This document shows, piece by piece, positions 19,255 to 27,656 of a DNA stretch of 64,000 nt. Source of the stretch: Patescibacteria group bacterium (lineage in GTDB: Bacteria; Patescibacteriota; JAHJAL01). The stretch lies in contig JBMORM010000025.1 of assembly GCA_049322675.1 (NCBI GenBank), positions 64,520-128,519 of the forward strand, read 5' to 3'. The notes below the pieces were generated by a model. The model made no database searches. It was not told the DNA's origin and saw only the letters and a program-made list of their open reading frames with translations. Each line of letters opens with the position of its first letter. Positions within the stretch are counted from its first letter, which is position 1. The position numbers were made by a program, and so were the translations under genes.

Positions 19255-20142
19255 ATGGATCAAAATATAAATGGAAAAAAGAATATTGGTAAAATAATTT
19301 TGATAGTATTTGTGGTTTTGGTGGTGTTTATTATTTTTATCGGTGTGATTTTTAAGATTTTGTATGGACAGCAAAGCAAGCCGGGAGATTTGAGCAATAA
19401 TCAAATCTCCAATGAGGCAGATTTGACGGGAAATGCTTCCTCGCAAAAAAATGAACCAATAGAGCCGGAAAGTCAGGAAAAAATTCAAAATAAATCTGGT
19501 TTGGTTAATACCGGTAGGTTAATTCAGATTAACAAGGGCAGTATGGCCGTTAAAGAAGAATCTAGCGGAAAAATGTCGGATGTTAAAGTGACTGATCGAA
19601 CGGTAATTTATCGTTGGAGTTTGGAGAATGGAAACTTGGAAATAGCAAAATCATCTGATGCCAAAGTGGGACAAAAAGTGGCTTTGAGCTATTTTGATGA
19701 GGACAAAGGAAATAATGAAGTGAGTGTGATGTCGATTTATCCGCCCTTTATGGTGACGGGAGTAGTGGAAAGTATTGATAGTGAAAAGATGATTGTAAAT
19801 GATACGGTTGAAGGAAAAAAATATACGGCAAATTTATTGAGTCCTAAAGTTTCCAAGTTTGATGATAGTGGTCAAAAGGTAACATCTTCTGTTGCGGAGA
19901 TTGCCAAAGGTGATAGGTTGATTGTTTATTCTGATTATGATGTGGAATATTCCAAATCAAATTTTGATGCCATATTGGTGGAGATAGTGGTAAAAAATAA
20001 TGCCAAATTGGTTGTGCCGGATAACGGTAATCAGCTTTCAAATCCGACTGATAGTAATATTCAACCGGTTGATGTTGCAACTCCGCCGCCGGTGGGTATC
20101 AATCCAAGTGGCACGTTGCCGGGTGTGCAGATTGGGGAGTAA
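19255..20142 (+). CDS. Cassette B protein 2: N-terminally anchored membrane protein (paralogue of 13258-14109)
   Basis: The TM helix is IILIVFVVLVVFIIFIGVIF. It shares the EVSVMSIYPPF and GINPSGTLPGVQIGE motifs with the paralogue. Confidence 0.5.
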   Translation: MDQNINGKKNIGKIILIVFVVLVVFIIFIGVIFKILYGQQSKPGDLSNNQISNEADLTGNASSQKNEPIEPESQEKIQNKSGLVNTGRLIQINKGSMAVKEESSGKMSDVKVTDRTVIYRWSLENGNLEIAKSSDAKVGQKVALSYFDEDKGNNEVSVMSIYPPFMVTGVVESIDSEKMIVNDTVEGKKYTANLLSPKVSKFDDSGQKVTSSVAEIAKGDRLIVYSDYDVEYSKSNFDAILVEIVVKNNAKLVVPDNGNQLSNPTDSNIQPVDVATPPPVGINPSGTLPGVQIGE

Positions 20143-20168
20143 ATATTTTCTAAATAAAGGGAAATTTT

Positions 20169-20801
20169 GTGAAGAAAAAAGGAAAGACAAGAGTGGTGTC
20201 ATTTTGGTGGGTTGTTTTGATTGTTCTCGCCTTGTTTTTGTTTGTTTTGTCGTCAATTTTTATAAAAAATAATTACTCTAAAAATCCCGAGGTTGCACAA
20301 AAAGAAAAAAGTTATTACGGGTATTTTCAAATGTTGGATGGTGAAGAATTGAGTTTTAGAGATGTTTTAAAAAATACTGATGAAAAAATAATACTTGGGG
20401 AAGATGTAACTTTTGAGTTGATGGATGCTTATTCGAAAGATCGTTCTTTTATTTCTAGGGCTGATTTAAAAGAAAATAAATTATATACAGTTTTTTGTCA
20501 TATTTCTGGGGACAAGAATGAGGCATTTAATGTTGTGGAGATTCCTTCGGTGAGTATTATTGGTAGAGTAAAGGAAATTTCTGAGAATATGATTAAAGTT
20601 ATTTACAACGGTGAAATTTATGAAGTGAAGTATGATGAAAAAACGATAAAGCAGCAATATGATGGTAAAAAATATAGTGATTATGTTGGAGATTATAGTG
20701 AATATCCAATGGTTGTAGTAACTTCGGACAATATGGCGTTATACGATGATACATCAATTAACGTAGCCCATATTGATGTGGTTCCTTTTGAGTCATTTTA
20801 G
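20169..20801 (+). CDS. Cassette B protein 3a: N-terminally anchored membrane protein
   Basis: The start codon is GTG. The TM helix is VVSFWWVVLIVLALFLFVLSSIFI. A beta-rich ectodomain follows (VYSDY...-type segments shared with the family). Confidence 0.45.
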   Translation: MKKKGKTRVVSFWWVVLIVLALFLFVLSSIFIKNNYSKNPEVAQKEKSYYGYFQMLDGEELSFRDVLKNTDEKIILGEDVTFELMDAYSKDRSFISRADLKENKLYTVFCHISGDKNEAFNVVEIPSVSIIGRVKEISENMIKVIYNGEIYEVKYDEKTIKQQYDGKKYSDYVGDYSEYPMVVVTSDNMALYDDTSINVAHIDVVPFESF

Positions 20802-20818
20802 CAAAAAGTAAAAATATT

Positions 20819-21520
20819 ATGAGAAAGATTTTTTATTGGTTTCTTTTGGTTGCGGTATTAATTTTACTAGGTGCGGGTTGGTATTATTATTCGGCCTTAT
20901 GGGAGGCGCAAAAGGGGATTGAGATTAAAGTGGAAGGCAGTAATGTGTCTAAGCCGGAAAATGATTCTGATTTGGCAAAGGAGGATGATTTGACTTCGGT
21001 GACGGGACAAGGAGAAGTAGTTTTGATTGATGAGAAAAATATAGTGATAAAAGATATTGATGGGCGTCAGCAATCATGGAAAATTGCCGAACGTCCGATG
21101 GTGCAAACTTTGAACATGAATAATTTAATATATGAAGATAGTTTGTTGGCTGATATTAAAGTGGGTTCCAATGTTTTTTTGGCGGGTCTGGGAAATGATA
21201 AAACGAGATATGCTCATTTATTTCAAATTGAATTTGGGAAAAGACTTGAAGGTAAGTTATTTTCGATTAGTGGTAAGAATTTTGTTATTGAAATAGATGG
21301 TGGGGAAAAGATAAAAGTGTTTTATGATGATAAAACACTTTTAAAAGAGATCAAAACAAACCAAGAAATAGTTGATAATTTTGAGTTGAATGTTGGAAAT
21401 TATCTTGTGCTATATTGCGACGTAATTGAGAATGGCAATTATAAAGCCAATGTAATATTCCAAAGATTGATTAAAGAAGATAATTTGCAAGTGATTAACA
21501 TTGAAAATAATAGTAAATAA
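20819..21520 (+). CDS. Cassette B protein 3b: N-terminally anchored membrane protein
   Basis: The TM helix is IFYWFLLVAVLILLGAGWYYY. The ectodomain is Lys/Glu-rich. Confidence 0.45.
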   Translation: MRKIFYWFLLVAVLILLGAGWYYYSALWEAQKGIEIKVEGSNVSKPENDSDLAKEDDLTSVTGQGEVVLIDEKNIVIKDIDGRQQSWKIAERPMVQTLNMNNLIYEDSLLADIKVGSNVFLAGLGNDKTRYAHLFQIEFGKRLEGKLFSISGKNFVIEIDGGEKIKVFYDDKTLLKEIKTNQEIVDNFELNVGNYLVLYCDVIENGNYKANVIFQRLIKEDNLQVINIENNSK

Positions 21521-21533
21521 AAATAGTCTATTT

Positions 21534-24458
21534 ATGAATTTCTATTTTAAGTTAATTTTAATTGTCGTATTGTTTTTTTTGAATGCAGAAAGAGTTGATG
21601 CTGGTTGCCCAGATTCGCCTTGTTATAATAGTTGGGGAAATGGCATGAATTTTGGTCCTGTTAGTTATTATTTTGACAATAGTTCTAAAGTTTTGACAAT
21701 GCATAATTGGGTTGGTTGTCTAACTTCTCGCAATGGTTGCACCTTGAATGGTGCAAGTGTTTATGTGTTTATCAGAGTTATGGGTAGGCAGTTGAGTCCG
21801 GGTTGGAATACTAAGTTATGGTCTAGTGGTGATATTTGGAGTGCAGCTGGTCATTCTTGGGGAGGGGTTAATCTTTACACGCCTTCGTCGATATATCCTG
21901 GCTCGCCAACAGCTTCAATTTCAGGAACTGTTATGAATGTAAGGGAAGGATCTGTTTCGGCTCAGTTTACCGATCTCAATGATGGGGAAACTTTTTTTGT
22001 CACCCCATCATATTTAGTTGGTGGTACAAATTGTAATTTTGGTTGTTTAGCAGATAACTCGTATTATACGTCTTTTACATATGTAAAACCAAATTATTAT
22101 CGTCCAATATTTTATCAGGATTGGCCGCCAAATGGTATTACAATGTGTTATAACGGTTTTGGGTTACAGGGGCATATAAGGGATTATGATTATCCTTCCA
22201 CGGGTGATTACGCTAAGATATATTCTACTGCTTATGGTTGGGCAGATGTTGCAAATTCTGGTAATTTGGGTGATTGGGGAACAGCGGCAATTGGTGGTCG
22301 AAATTGGCCGAGTGGGAATACTGGGTGGTATGGATATGCTTATGACAGGTATGGCGATGGACCTACTCCGGGGTATTATAACTTTAACATCAATCGTTCG
22401 CCTTCGATAAGTTCTACCAATGGACCTTCTTGCAATTATACTTATCCTCAACCGCAAAGTTTTTACTTTGCAATAAATCCAAATGATCCAGATGGAAATT
22501 ATTCTTCGATTAATGTGATTATTGATGGTGGAACATATGGAAATGGTTCTTGGATATATTTGAATCCGGGAAATCATAGTTGGTATGGTCGGGTATGTGA
22601 TAGTTGCGGTCAGTGCGCACAGACGTCAACTTGTAATTTTAGAGTTAATAGTATACCAACGGTGTCGGCGGGTTGGCCGTCTGCTGGTTGTAATACTGTA
22701 ACTTTGAGTGCAACGGCATATCATGATTTTTCTCCCGGTGATCAGGCTTGGATCAGGTTTGATTATTGGGGAGGAAGAAGTGGATCAGCAACATATCAGA
22801 TAAGTTGGAATGGACAATCTTTTAGTTTGCCTTTGGGTGGAGTTCCTGGTAATAGTACGGTGTATTGGAGTGCCACCGTTTGGGATAGTAATGGAACATC
22901 AAATCGGGTGAATGGTCAAGCGGTGACTCCCAACTGTACCCCCAACCCACCATATGGTTTTAACCAAACTATCAATTGTGCCAATGCCACTTTGTACGCT
23001 AGCGGATCCGATCCGGATGGTGGTCAGCTATATATGACTTTTACTACCAATAATCCCTGGATGTCCAATCAGGTTAACATTTGGAGTGGACAACAAGCCA
23101 GTACGACTTTCAATTTGGGTTTTGATCGAGCCTTTTCCTGGATGGTTTCTGCCAGGGATCCATATGGCGCACAAAGAGATTCGGGATGGATGGGAACATA
23201 TCTGACTGACAGATCACCACAAGGAAAAGTTTCCGATGTGTTAACTTACAAAGCGGTAAATTACAATCCGTCATCAAATCCCAGATTTGTAATCGACGAT
23301 GCCGCTACCAGATTGCAACCAGTGACTGTAAATGATCATAGTTATGATCCTGATGGCAATAATCAAAATGTGCAAGCGACTTTCTGGTTGGAAATATATA
23401 ATGCCGGAACAGGATCTTGGCAATCTCTCGGTTCTTCTGCCTTGAGACCACCAACTAATATTGTCGGGGGGACGTATTATCATGATGTTCCATTCAACAA
23501 CCTCTACGCCGGTCAACACCGTTATCGCGCCCAAGATCGGGATGCTTGTGGAGCAGTGTCATCGGTTAGTTCATATTACAACTTTACGATTGCGCCACCG
23601 GCGGTTAAAAATATTACAGTAAACAGTGGTACGGCGGGTTGTCCGGCTTGCGGAAACAGAAATACCGCAATCGTGGTTGATTGGGATGATGTGCCATACA
23701 TTCAAAATGCTCAATCCAGTGGAATCGGAGGCGGATATTACGTAGAGTGGAGCAATGACGGTGGAGCAACATATCGGGCGGTAACCAAATCACTTCCCGA
23801 CGCAACCGCTGGTTGGACGAGTGATAGTCGAATTGTTTTAGTTACAGATGTTTTAAATCTTTACAATTTGCCTACTTCTACTGCCCGCAATATTCGTTAT
23901 CGCGTAGCTTCATACTCCAATGGGGTGTATTCCGACTGGTTGTATTCAAATGTGGTAACTTACAACTGTCCGATACCGGGTGGGTTGACTCTTTCTCCCA
24001 ATCCGGTAGATATGCGCGGTGACGAAGATTCACAACCGTTAACGGCGAGAATTCATTGCCGAGACTTTAATGGTGGAGTGGTAGGAGTATTAGGTGGAGA
24101 TATGATTAGTGCAGCTCAAGCCAATAGAATTTATTCGCCTGATACGACTCCGGTTTCCTTTGTTTGGAATCAAACTGATATCACTAATTTGAACAATTGT
24201 TCGACCGGAACACAGATCAATACTCCGCCAAATCCGGGAAATACCATTCATGCTGGTTCTAATACGACAGTTGATCCTTGTGAAGGCAAATTGGGCGCAA
24301 CTTTGACCAATTACGGTTGGCCGGAAATCGGCGCTTTGACCGGTGACACTTGGATATCTATCAACCCAAGAGCAACAGAAGAATTCAATTATTCCGGTGA
24401 AGTCATATCCAATCCACCACCGGGTTTTGAGAAATTGGATTTGCCCGGGATGCAGTAG
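21534..24458 (+). CDS. Cassette B giant secreted Cys/Asn/Gly/Trp-rich surface protein (about 974 aa; paralogue of 15448-18429)
   Basis: The signal peptide MNFYFKLILIVVLFFLNAERVDA suggests the ATG at 21534; the ORF track starts at a TTG at 21501. The C-terminal module aligns with the paralogue, including TIAPPAVKNITVNSGTAGCPACGNRNTAIVVDWDDVPYIQ. The terminal motif is INPRATEEFNYSGEVISNPPPGFEKLDLPGMQ. Confidence 0.6.
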   Translation: MNFYFKLILIVVLFFLNAERVDAGCPDSPCYNSWGNGMNFGPVSYYFDNSSKVLTMHNWVGCLTSRNGCTLNGASVYVFIRVMGRQLSPGWNTKLWSSGDIWSAAGHSWGGVNLYTPSSIYPGSPTASISGTVMNVREGSVSAQFTDLNDGETFFVTPSYLVGGTNCNFGCLADNSYYTSFTYVKPNYYRPIFYQDWPPNGITMCYNGFGLQGHIRDYDYPSTGDYAKIYSTAYGWADVANSGNLGDWGTAAIGGRNWPSGNTGWYGYAYDRYGDGPTPGYYNFNINRSPSISSTNGPSCNYTYPQPQSFYFAINPNDPDGNYSSINVIIDGGTYGNGSWIYLNPGNHSWYGRVCDSCGQCAQTSTCNFRVNSIPTVSAGWPSAGCNTVTLSATAYHDFSPGDQAWIRFDYWGGRSGSATYQISWNGQSFSLPLGGVPGNSTVYWSATVWDSNGTSNRVNGQAVTPNCTPNPPYGFNQTINCANATLYASGSDPDGGQLYMTFTTNNPWMSNQVNIWSGQQASTTFNLGFDRAFSWMVSARDPYGAQRDSGWMGTYLTDRSPQGKVSDVLTYKAVNYNPSSNPRFVIDDAATRLQPVTVNDHSYDPDGNNQNVQATFWLEIYNAGTGSWQSLGSSALRPPTNIVGGTYYHDVPFNNLYAGQHRYRAQDRDACGAVSSVSSYYNFTIAPPAVKNITVNSGTAGCPACGNRNTAIVVDWDDVPYIQNAQSSGIGGGYYVEWSNDGGATYRAVTKSLPDATAGWTSDSRIVLVTDVLNLYNLPTSTARNIRYRVASYSNGVYSDWLYSNVVTYNCPIPGGLTLSPNPVDMRGDEDSQPLTARIHCRDFNGGVVGVLGGDMISAAQANRIYSPDTTPVSFVWNQTDITNLNNCSTGTQINTPPNPGNTIHAGSNTTVDPCEGKLGATLTNYGWPEIGALTGDTWISINPRATEEFNYSGEVISNPPPGFEKLDLPGMQ

Positions 24459-24483
24459 GGGAGGATGTTATTTTTTTGATATA

Positions 24484-24511
24484 TATTGTAGGGGCGGTTC
24501 ATGAACCGCCC
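24484..24511 (+). terminator. Perfect palindromic GC-rich hairpin terminator (GTAGGGGCGGTTCATGAACCGCCCCTAC)
   Basis: It is a 28-nt perfect palindrome directly after the giant gene stop codon. It belongs to the GGGGCGG hairpin family. Confidence 0.7.
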
Positions 24512-24526
24512 CTACATTTATGTACG

Positions 24527-24561
24527 TTGACAAATTTGGAGGTCATATGTTATACTGTATA
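24527..24561 (+). promoter_or_regulatory. Sigma70-like promoter for the pil operon (TTGACA, 17 bp spacer, TTATAC/TATACT)
   Basis: The sequence is TTGACAaatttggaggtcatatgTTATACtgta. It lies about 30 bp upstream of pilM, right after the terminator. Confidence 0.5.
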
Positions 24562-24586
24562 GATTTGTAAAAATATAGAAAAAAAT

Positions 24587-25579
24587 ATGCCGGAAACAGA
24601 TACAAAAACAAAAAAAGAAAAACCAATTGGAATTGATTTAAGTACGACAAGTATCAAATTGGTTTCATTGGATGAAAATAATATTTTGGAAGAATATGGT
24701 ATTTTTGATTTGCCGGTGAGTGCCAACGATACTGATATTATTTTGGGATTGAAAGGTTTGTTGGCTAAAAATTTTAAAAGTAAAGATGTGGTAATGGGTT
24801 TACGTGGTTTGGATGTGTTGACAAAACTGATCAAGGTAAAATATGGAGAATATGATGAAGTTGAAAAGCAAGTGGAAGAAATTGTTAAAGATATTTTGCC
24901 GGTTGATCGAAATGAGGTTGAGGTTAGTTGGGAAGTGATTGGTCAAGAAAATGAGATGGTGAATTTGTTGTTGATTATCATTCCCAATTCGGTCATTGAA
25001 CGATATGAAAGATTGATTACAGGAGCAGGTTTAAATATTTTGGCGGCCGAGATAAATTCATTGGCGATCAAACGAGCACTTGATTATGATTCCAATCAGG
25101 AGATAAAGATGATTGTTGATATACACGCTGATGAGACAAATATCGAAATATACAATCAAAGTGTTTTGAGTTTGGATAAAACTATTTCGATTGGAGGGAT
25201 GCAGATAACGCGCAATATGTCCAAGAAAATGGCGATTTCTATTCCTGAAGCCGAAAAACAAAAACGAACGAATACGACTATATCTGAAAAGATTTTTAAT
25301 GAATCATATAAGCCAGTAGGTGACGATATTTTGGCGGAAGTGGGGCGGGTAATGTCGATGGCTAGATTGGATTATGGTATCAAGGTTGGTTATATCGGTT
25401 TGAGCGGTGGTGATTTTAATGCGATTGAGTTTAGAGAATATTTTATTGATAACTTGTCTGAGTTTGCCAAAACTGAATTGTCTATTCCAAAAGCAGTGGA
25501 GTCGAGTTTAAATATTGATAAAAATAGCGGTGATAGATTGAGATTAATCAATGCTGTTGGTTTGGCGATGAAATACTAA
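24587..25579 (+). CDS. pilM: Type IV pilus assembly protein PilM (actin-like ATPase fold)
   Basis: The N-terminus reads IGIDLSTTSIKLVSLDEN. The length is 330 aa. It is the first gene of the pilMNO-pilBTC block. Confidence 0.75.
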   Translation: MPETDTKTKKEKPIGIDLSTTSIKLVSLDENNILEEYGIFDLPVSANDTDIILGLKGLLAKNFKSKDVVMGLRGLDVLTKLIKVKYGEYDEVEKQVEEIVKDILPVDRNEVEVSWEVIGQENEMVNLLLIIIPNSVIERYERLITGAGLNILAAEINSLAIKRALDYDSNQEIKMIVDIHADETNIEIYNQSVLSLDKTISIGGMQITRNMSKKMAISIPEAEKQKRTNTTISEKIFNESYKPVGDDILAEVGRVMSMARLDYGIKVGYIGLSGGDFNAIEFREYFIDNLSEFAKTELSIPKAVESSLNIDKNSGDRLRLINAVGLAMKY

Positions 25580-25676
25580 ATAAAATTTCCAATTTTCAGT
25601 TTCCGGTTTCCAATAGATATTTTGTTAGGATATTTGGGAAAAATTTAAATAAAATAAAAAATAATAATACATAAAA

Positions 25677-26339
25677 ATGGAACAAGGAAAAATTGTCTTA
25701 AATGAAAAACAGGGGAAAGAGTTGGATTTTTATCCTCCTTCGACAACCCCAGTAGTTGTTTATACAATCTTGTTGGTATTGATGGTTGCTCTTTTGGGCG
25801 GTGGTTTATATTATTTCAATTTTGATCAAACTAAAAAAATATCCGATTTGAAGTCCAAGGTGGAAATATTGGAAAATCAAATGGCCAAAGAAGATTCTGA
25901 TGGTAATTTGGTTAATCAATCTGAAAGATTGGCTAAGGCGGTAAAGAGTTACAATGCTTATAAACAAAATGATGTCAATTGGCAGTTGTTTTTGAGTCGT
26001 GTTAAGGATCAAACAATCAATGATATAACCTATACATCGTTTGCTATTGATCGGATAAAAAGCGATTTTCGGGTTGATGGAGTTGCTCCGAGTTATCGAG
26101 TGATTGCTGAGCAGATGAATATTTTTAGCAATGATCCAAATTATTCTAGTGTAAAATTGAAAACTGCGGTATTGCGTCCGGAAAGCGACAGTAGGAGCAG
26201 AGTGGCTTTCAACTTGGAACTAACACTAAAACCGGAAGCTTTTAGAAAACCAGAAGAAAAGAAAGACGTATTTGAATTGATTGGTGGTGAAAGCGATCAG
26301 ACAGTTGTTGGGGTAGAGGAAAGCGATTTGACAAAGTAA
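25677..26339 (+). CDS. pilN: PilN-like bitopic pilus assembly protein
   Basis: A single N-terminal TM helix (VVVYTILLVLMVALLGGGLYYF) is followed by a coiled coil. The call rests on its position between pilM and pilO. Confidence 0.55.
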   Translation: MEQGKIVLNEKQGKELDFYPPSTTPVVVYTILLVLMVALLGGGLYYFNFDQTKKISDLKSKVEILENQMAKEDSDGNLVNQSERLAKAVKSYNAYKQNDVNWQLFLSRVKDQTINDITYTSFAIDRIKSDFRVDGVAPSYRVIAEQMNIFSNDPNYSSVKLKTAVLRPESDSRSRVAFNLELTLKPEAFRKPEEKKDVFELIGGESDQTVVGVEESDLTK

Positions 26340-26342
26340 GAA

Positions 26343-26450
26343 TACATTAAAATTTCCAGTTTCCAATTTCCAGTTTCCAAAAAATTTCCAATTTTCAAAC
26401 AAATTAAATAATATTTCGTTTGGAAATTGAGAATTGAAAATTGGAAATTA
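26343..26450. repeat. Heptamer-based palindromic intergenic element
   Basis: The sequence is aaaatttccagtttccaatttccagtttccaaaaaatttccaattttcaaac...tttggaaattgagaattgaaaattggaaatt. It lies upstream of pilO. Confidence 0.8.
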
Positions 26451-26519
26451 GTGATATTTTTGATTGTTAGTTAAGCATTCGAATCAAAAAAATATAAATT
26501 AAAAAAAGTAATAATTAAA

Positions 26520-27095
26520 ATGGAAAAACAAACAGCTTTTAAGCTTTATGAAAAAAAACAAATACCTTTATTGATCGGCGTGATGGGAACGTTGGTAGTG
26601 GCTTTGTTGATTTCCTATTGGATTATGCCGTTGTGGAGTAGTACCAGACAAGTATTGTTGGACTATGAAAAAACTGTTTCTTTGTTGGATGCCAAGGATA
26701 AAGAGTTGAATGCGATGCAACAATTCAAGATTTATCTTAAGAAGGATTTGGACAAAGTAAATCTTTTGAATGATATCTTGCCGAAAAAAGAAAATATGGA
26801 TGATGTATTGATTCAAGTTGAAAGACTGGCGATAGATAATACCTTGTTTGTAAAAAGTGTTACTGTGACTGATGCTGGCGCTGATAGTTTATCGACTGAG
26901 GTGTCGGGAGTAGAAAAGTCGAGTGTGATCATGCAGATCGAAGGAGAATTTCCTAATGTGCTCAATTTTATTGATAGTATTCAAAAGAGTACCAGATTGG
27001 TTTTGATCAATAAGATGGGAGTGGCGAGTAATATTTCCGCTGTTGATCAACCGGTGACGTTTACGATTGATATGGATGTGCTTTATCAGAAGTAG
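26520..27095 (+). CDS. pilO: PilO-like bitopic pilus assembly protein
   Basis: An N-terminal TM helix (IPLLIGVMGTLVVALLISYWIM) is followed by a coiled coil. The call rests on position. Confidence 0.55.
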   Translation: MEKQTAFKLYEKKQIPLLIGVMGTLVVALLISYWIMPLWSSTRQVLLDYEKTVSLLDAKDKELNAMQQFKIYLKKDLDKVNLLNDILPKKENMDDVLIQVERLAIDNTLFVKSVTVTDAGADSLSTEVSGVEKSSVIMQIEGEFPNVLNFIDSIQKSTRLVLINKMGVASNISAVDQPVTFTIDMDVLYQK

Positions 27096-27107
27096 GGAAA
27101 GGAGAAA

Positions 27108-27240
27108 AATTTCCAATTTCCAATTTCCAAACATATTTTGTATGCGATATTTGGATAAAAAGACAGATTAATTTAGAAATTGGTCATTGGAAATTTATTG
27201 GAAATTGAAAATTGAAAATTGGGAATTAAAAATTTAAGAA
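27108..27240. repeat. Heptamer-based palindromic intergenic element (full-length archetype)
   Basis: The sequence is aatttccaatttccaatttccaaacatattttgtatgcgatatttggataaaaagacagattaatttagaaattggtcattggaaatttattggaaattgaaaattgaaaattgggaatt. Confidence 0.85.
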
Positions 27241-27259
27241 ATAAATTTTTGGAGTTTAT

Positions 27260-27511
27260 ATGAAAAATACGTGGATAACTGGAGGACTAGTATTATTTGT
27301 TTTGTTTTTGGCGGCGGTTGGGTCAACTTGGTATTTTTCGATTCCGTCACAGATTGAAAAACAAAGCGTGTTGGTATCTCCAAAATTATTGATTTCTAAA
27401 CCGGTTAATGACGAGATGGCCAAGGTATTAAAAGAAAGACAAAAATACGGTTCCTGGCCAATCAACGTCGAACCCGGTCGTTTGGGAAAAAATAATCCGT
27501 TTAGACAATAA
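27260..27511 (+). CDS. Small membrane protein (83 aa), candidate PilP-like component
   Basis: The N-terminus is MKNTWITGGLVLFVLFLAAVGSTWYF. It sits between the pilO-like gene and pilB. Confidence 0.35.
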   Translation: MKNTWITGGLVLFVLFLAAVGSTWYFSIPSQIEKQSVLVSPKLLISKPVNDEMAKVLKERQKYGSWPINVEPGRLGKNNPFRQ

Positions 27512-27519
27512 ATACAAAA

Positions 27520-27655
27520 TACAATTTTCAATTCTCAATTCTCAATTTTCAATTTTCAAATATATTTTGTATGTGATATTTGGATAAAGAGACAAAACAT
27601 TTGGAAATTGAATATTTTTTGGAAATTGGAAACTGAAAATTGGAAATTAAAAAAA
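27520..27655. repeat. Heptamer-based palindromic intergenic element
   Basis: The left arm is caattttcaattctcaattctcaattttcaattttcaaatatattttgtatgtgatatttggataaa. The right arm is ggaaattggaaactgaaaattggaaatt. It ends 8 nt before the pilB ATG. Confidence 0.85.
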
Positions 27656-27656
27656 T

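Noticed and set aside
16037-23805. Numerous antisense ORFs of 60-140 aa inside the two giant genes, for example 16758-17087(-) and 22164-22577(-)
   Set aside because: They are embedded in long, well-supported plus-strand reading frames with signal peptides and a conserved paralogous C-terminus. Their translations are low-complexity (Ile/Arg-rich) and lack starts with sensible context.
15448-24458. Diversity-generating retroelement (DGR) targeting the near-identical C-termini of the two giant proteins
   Set aside because: The nucleotide differences between the two C-terminal copies involve all four bases, mostly at third codon positions. They are not adenine-specific. No reverse transcriptase or template repeat is present in the window. 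The pattern fits diverged paralogues under purifying selection.
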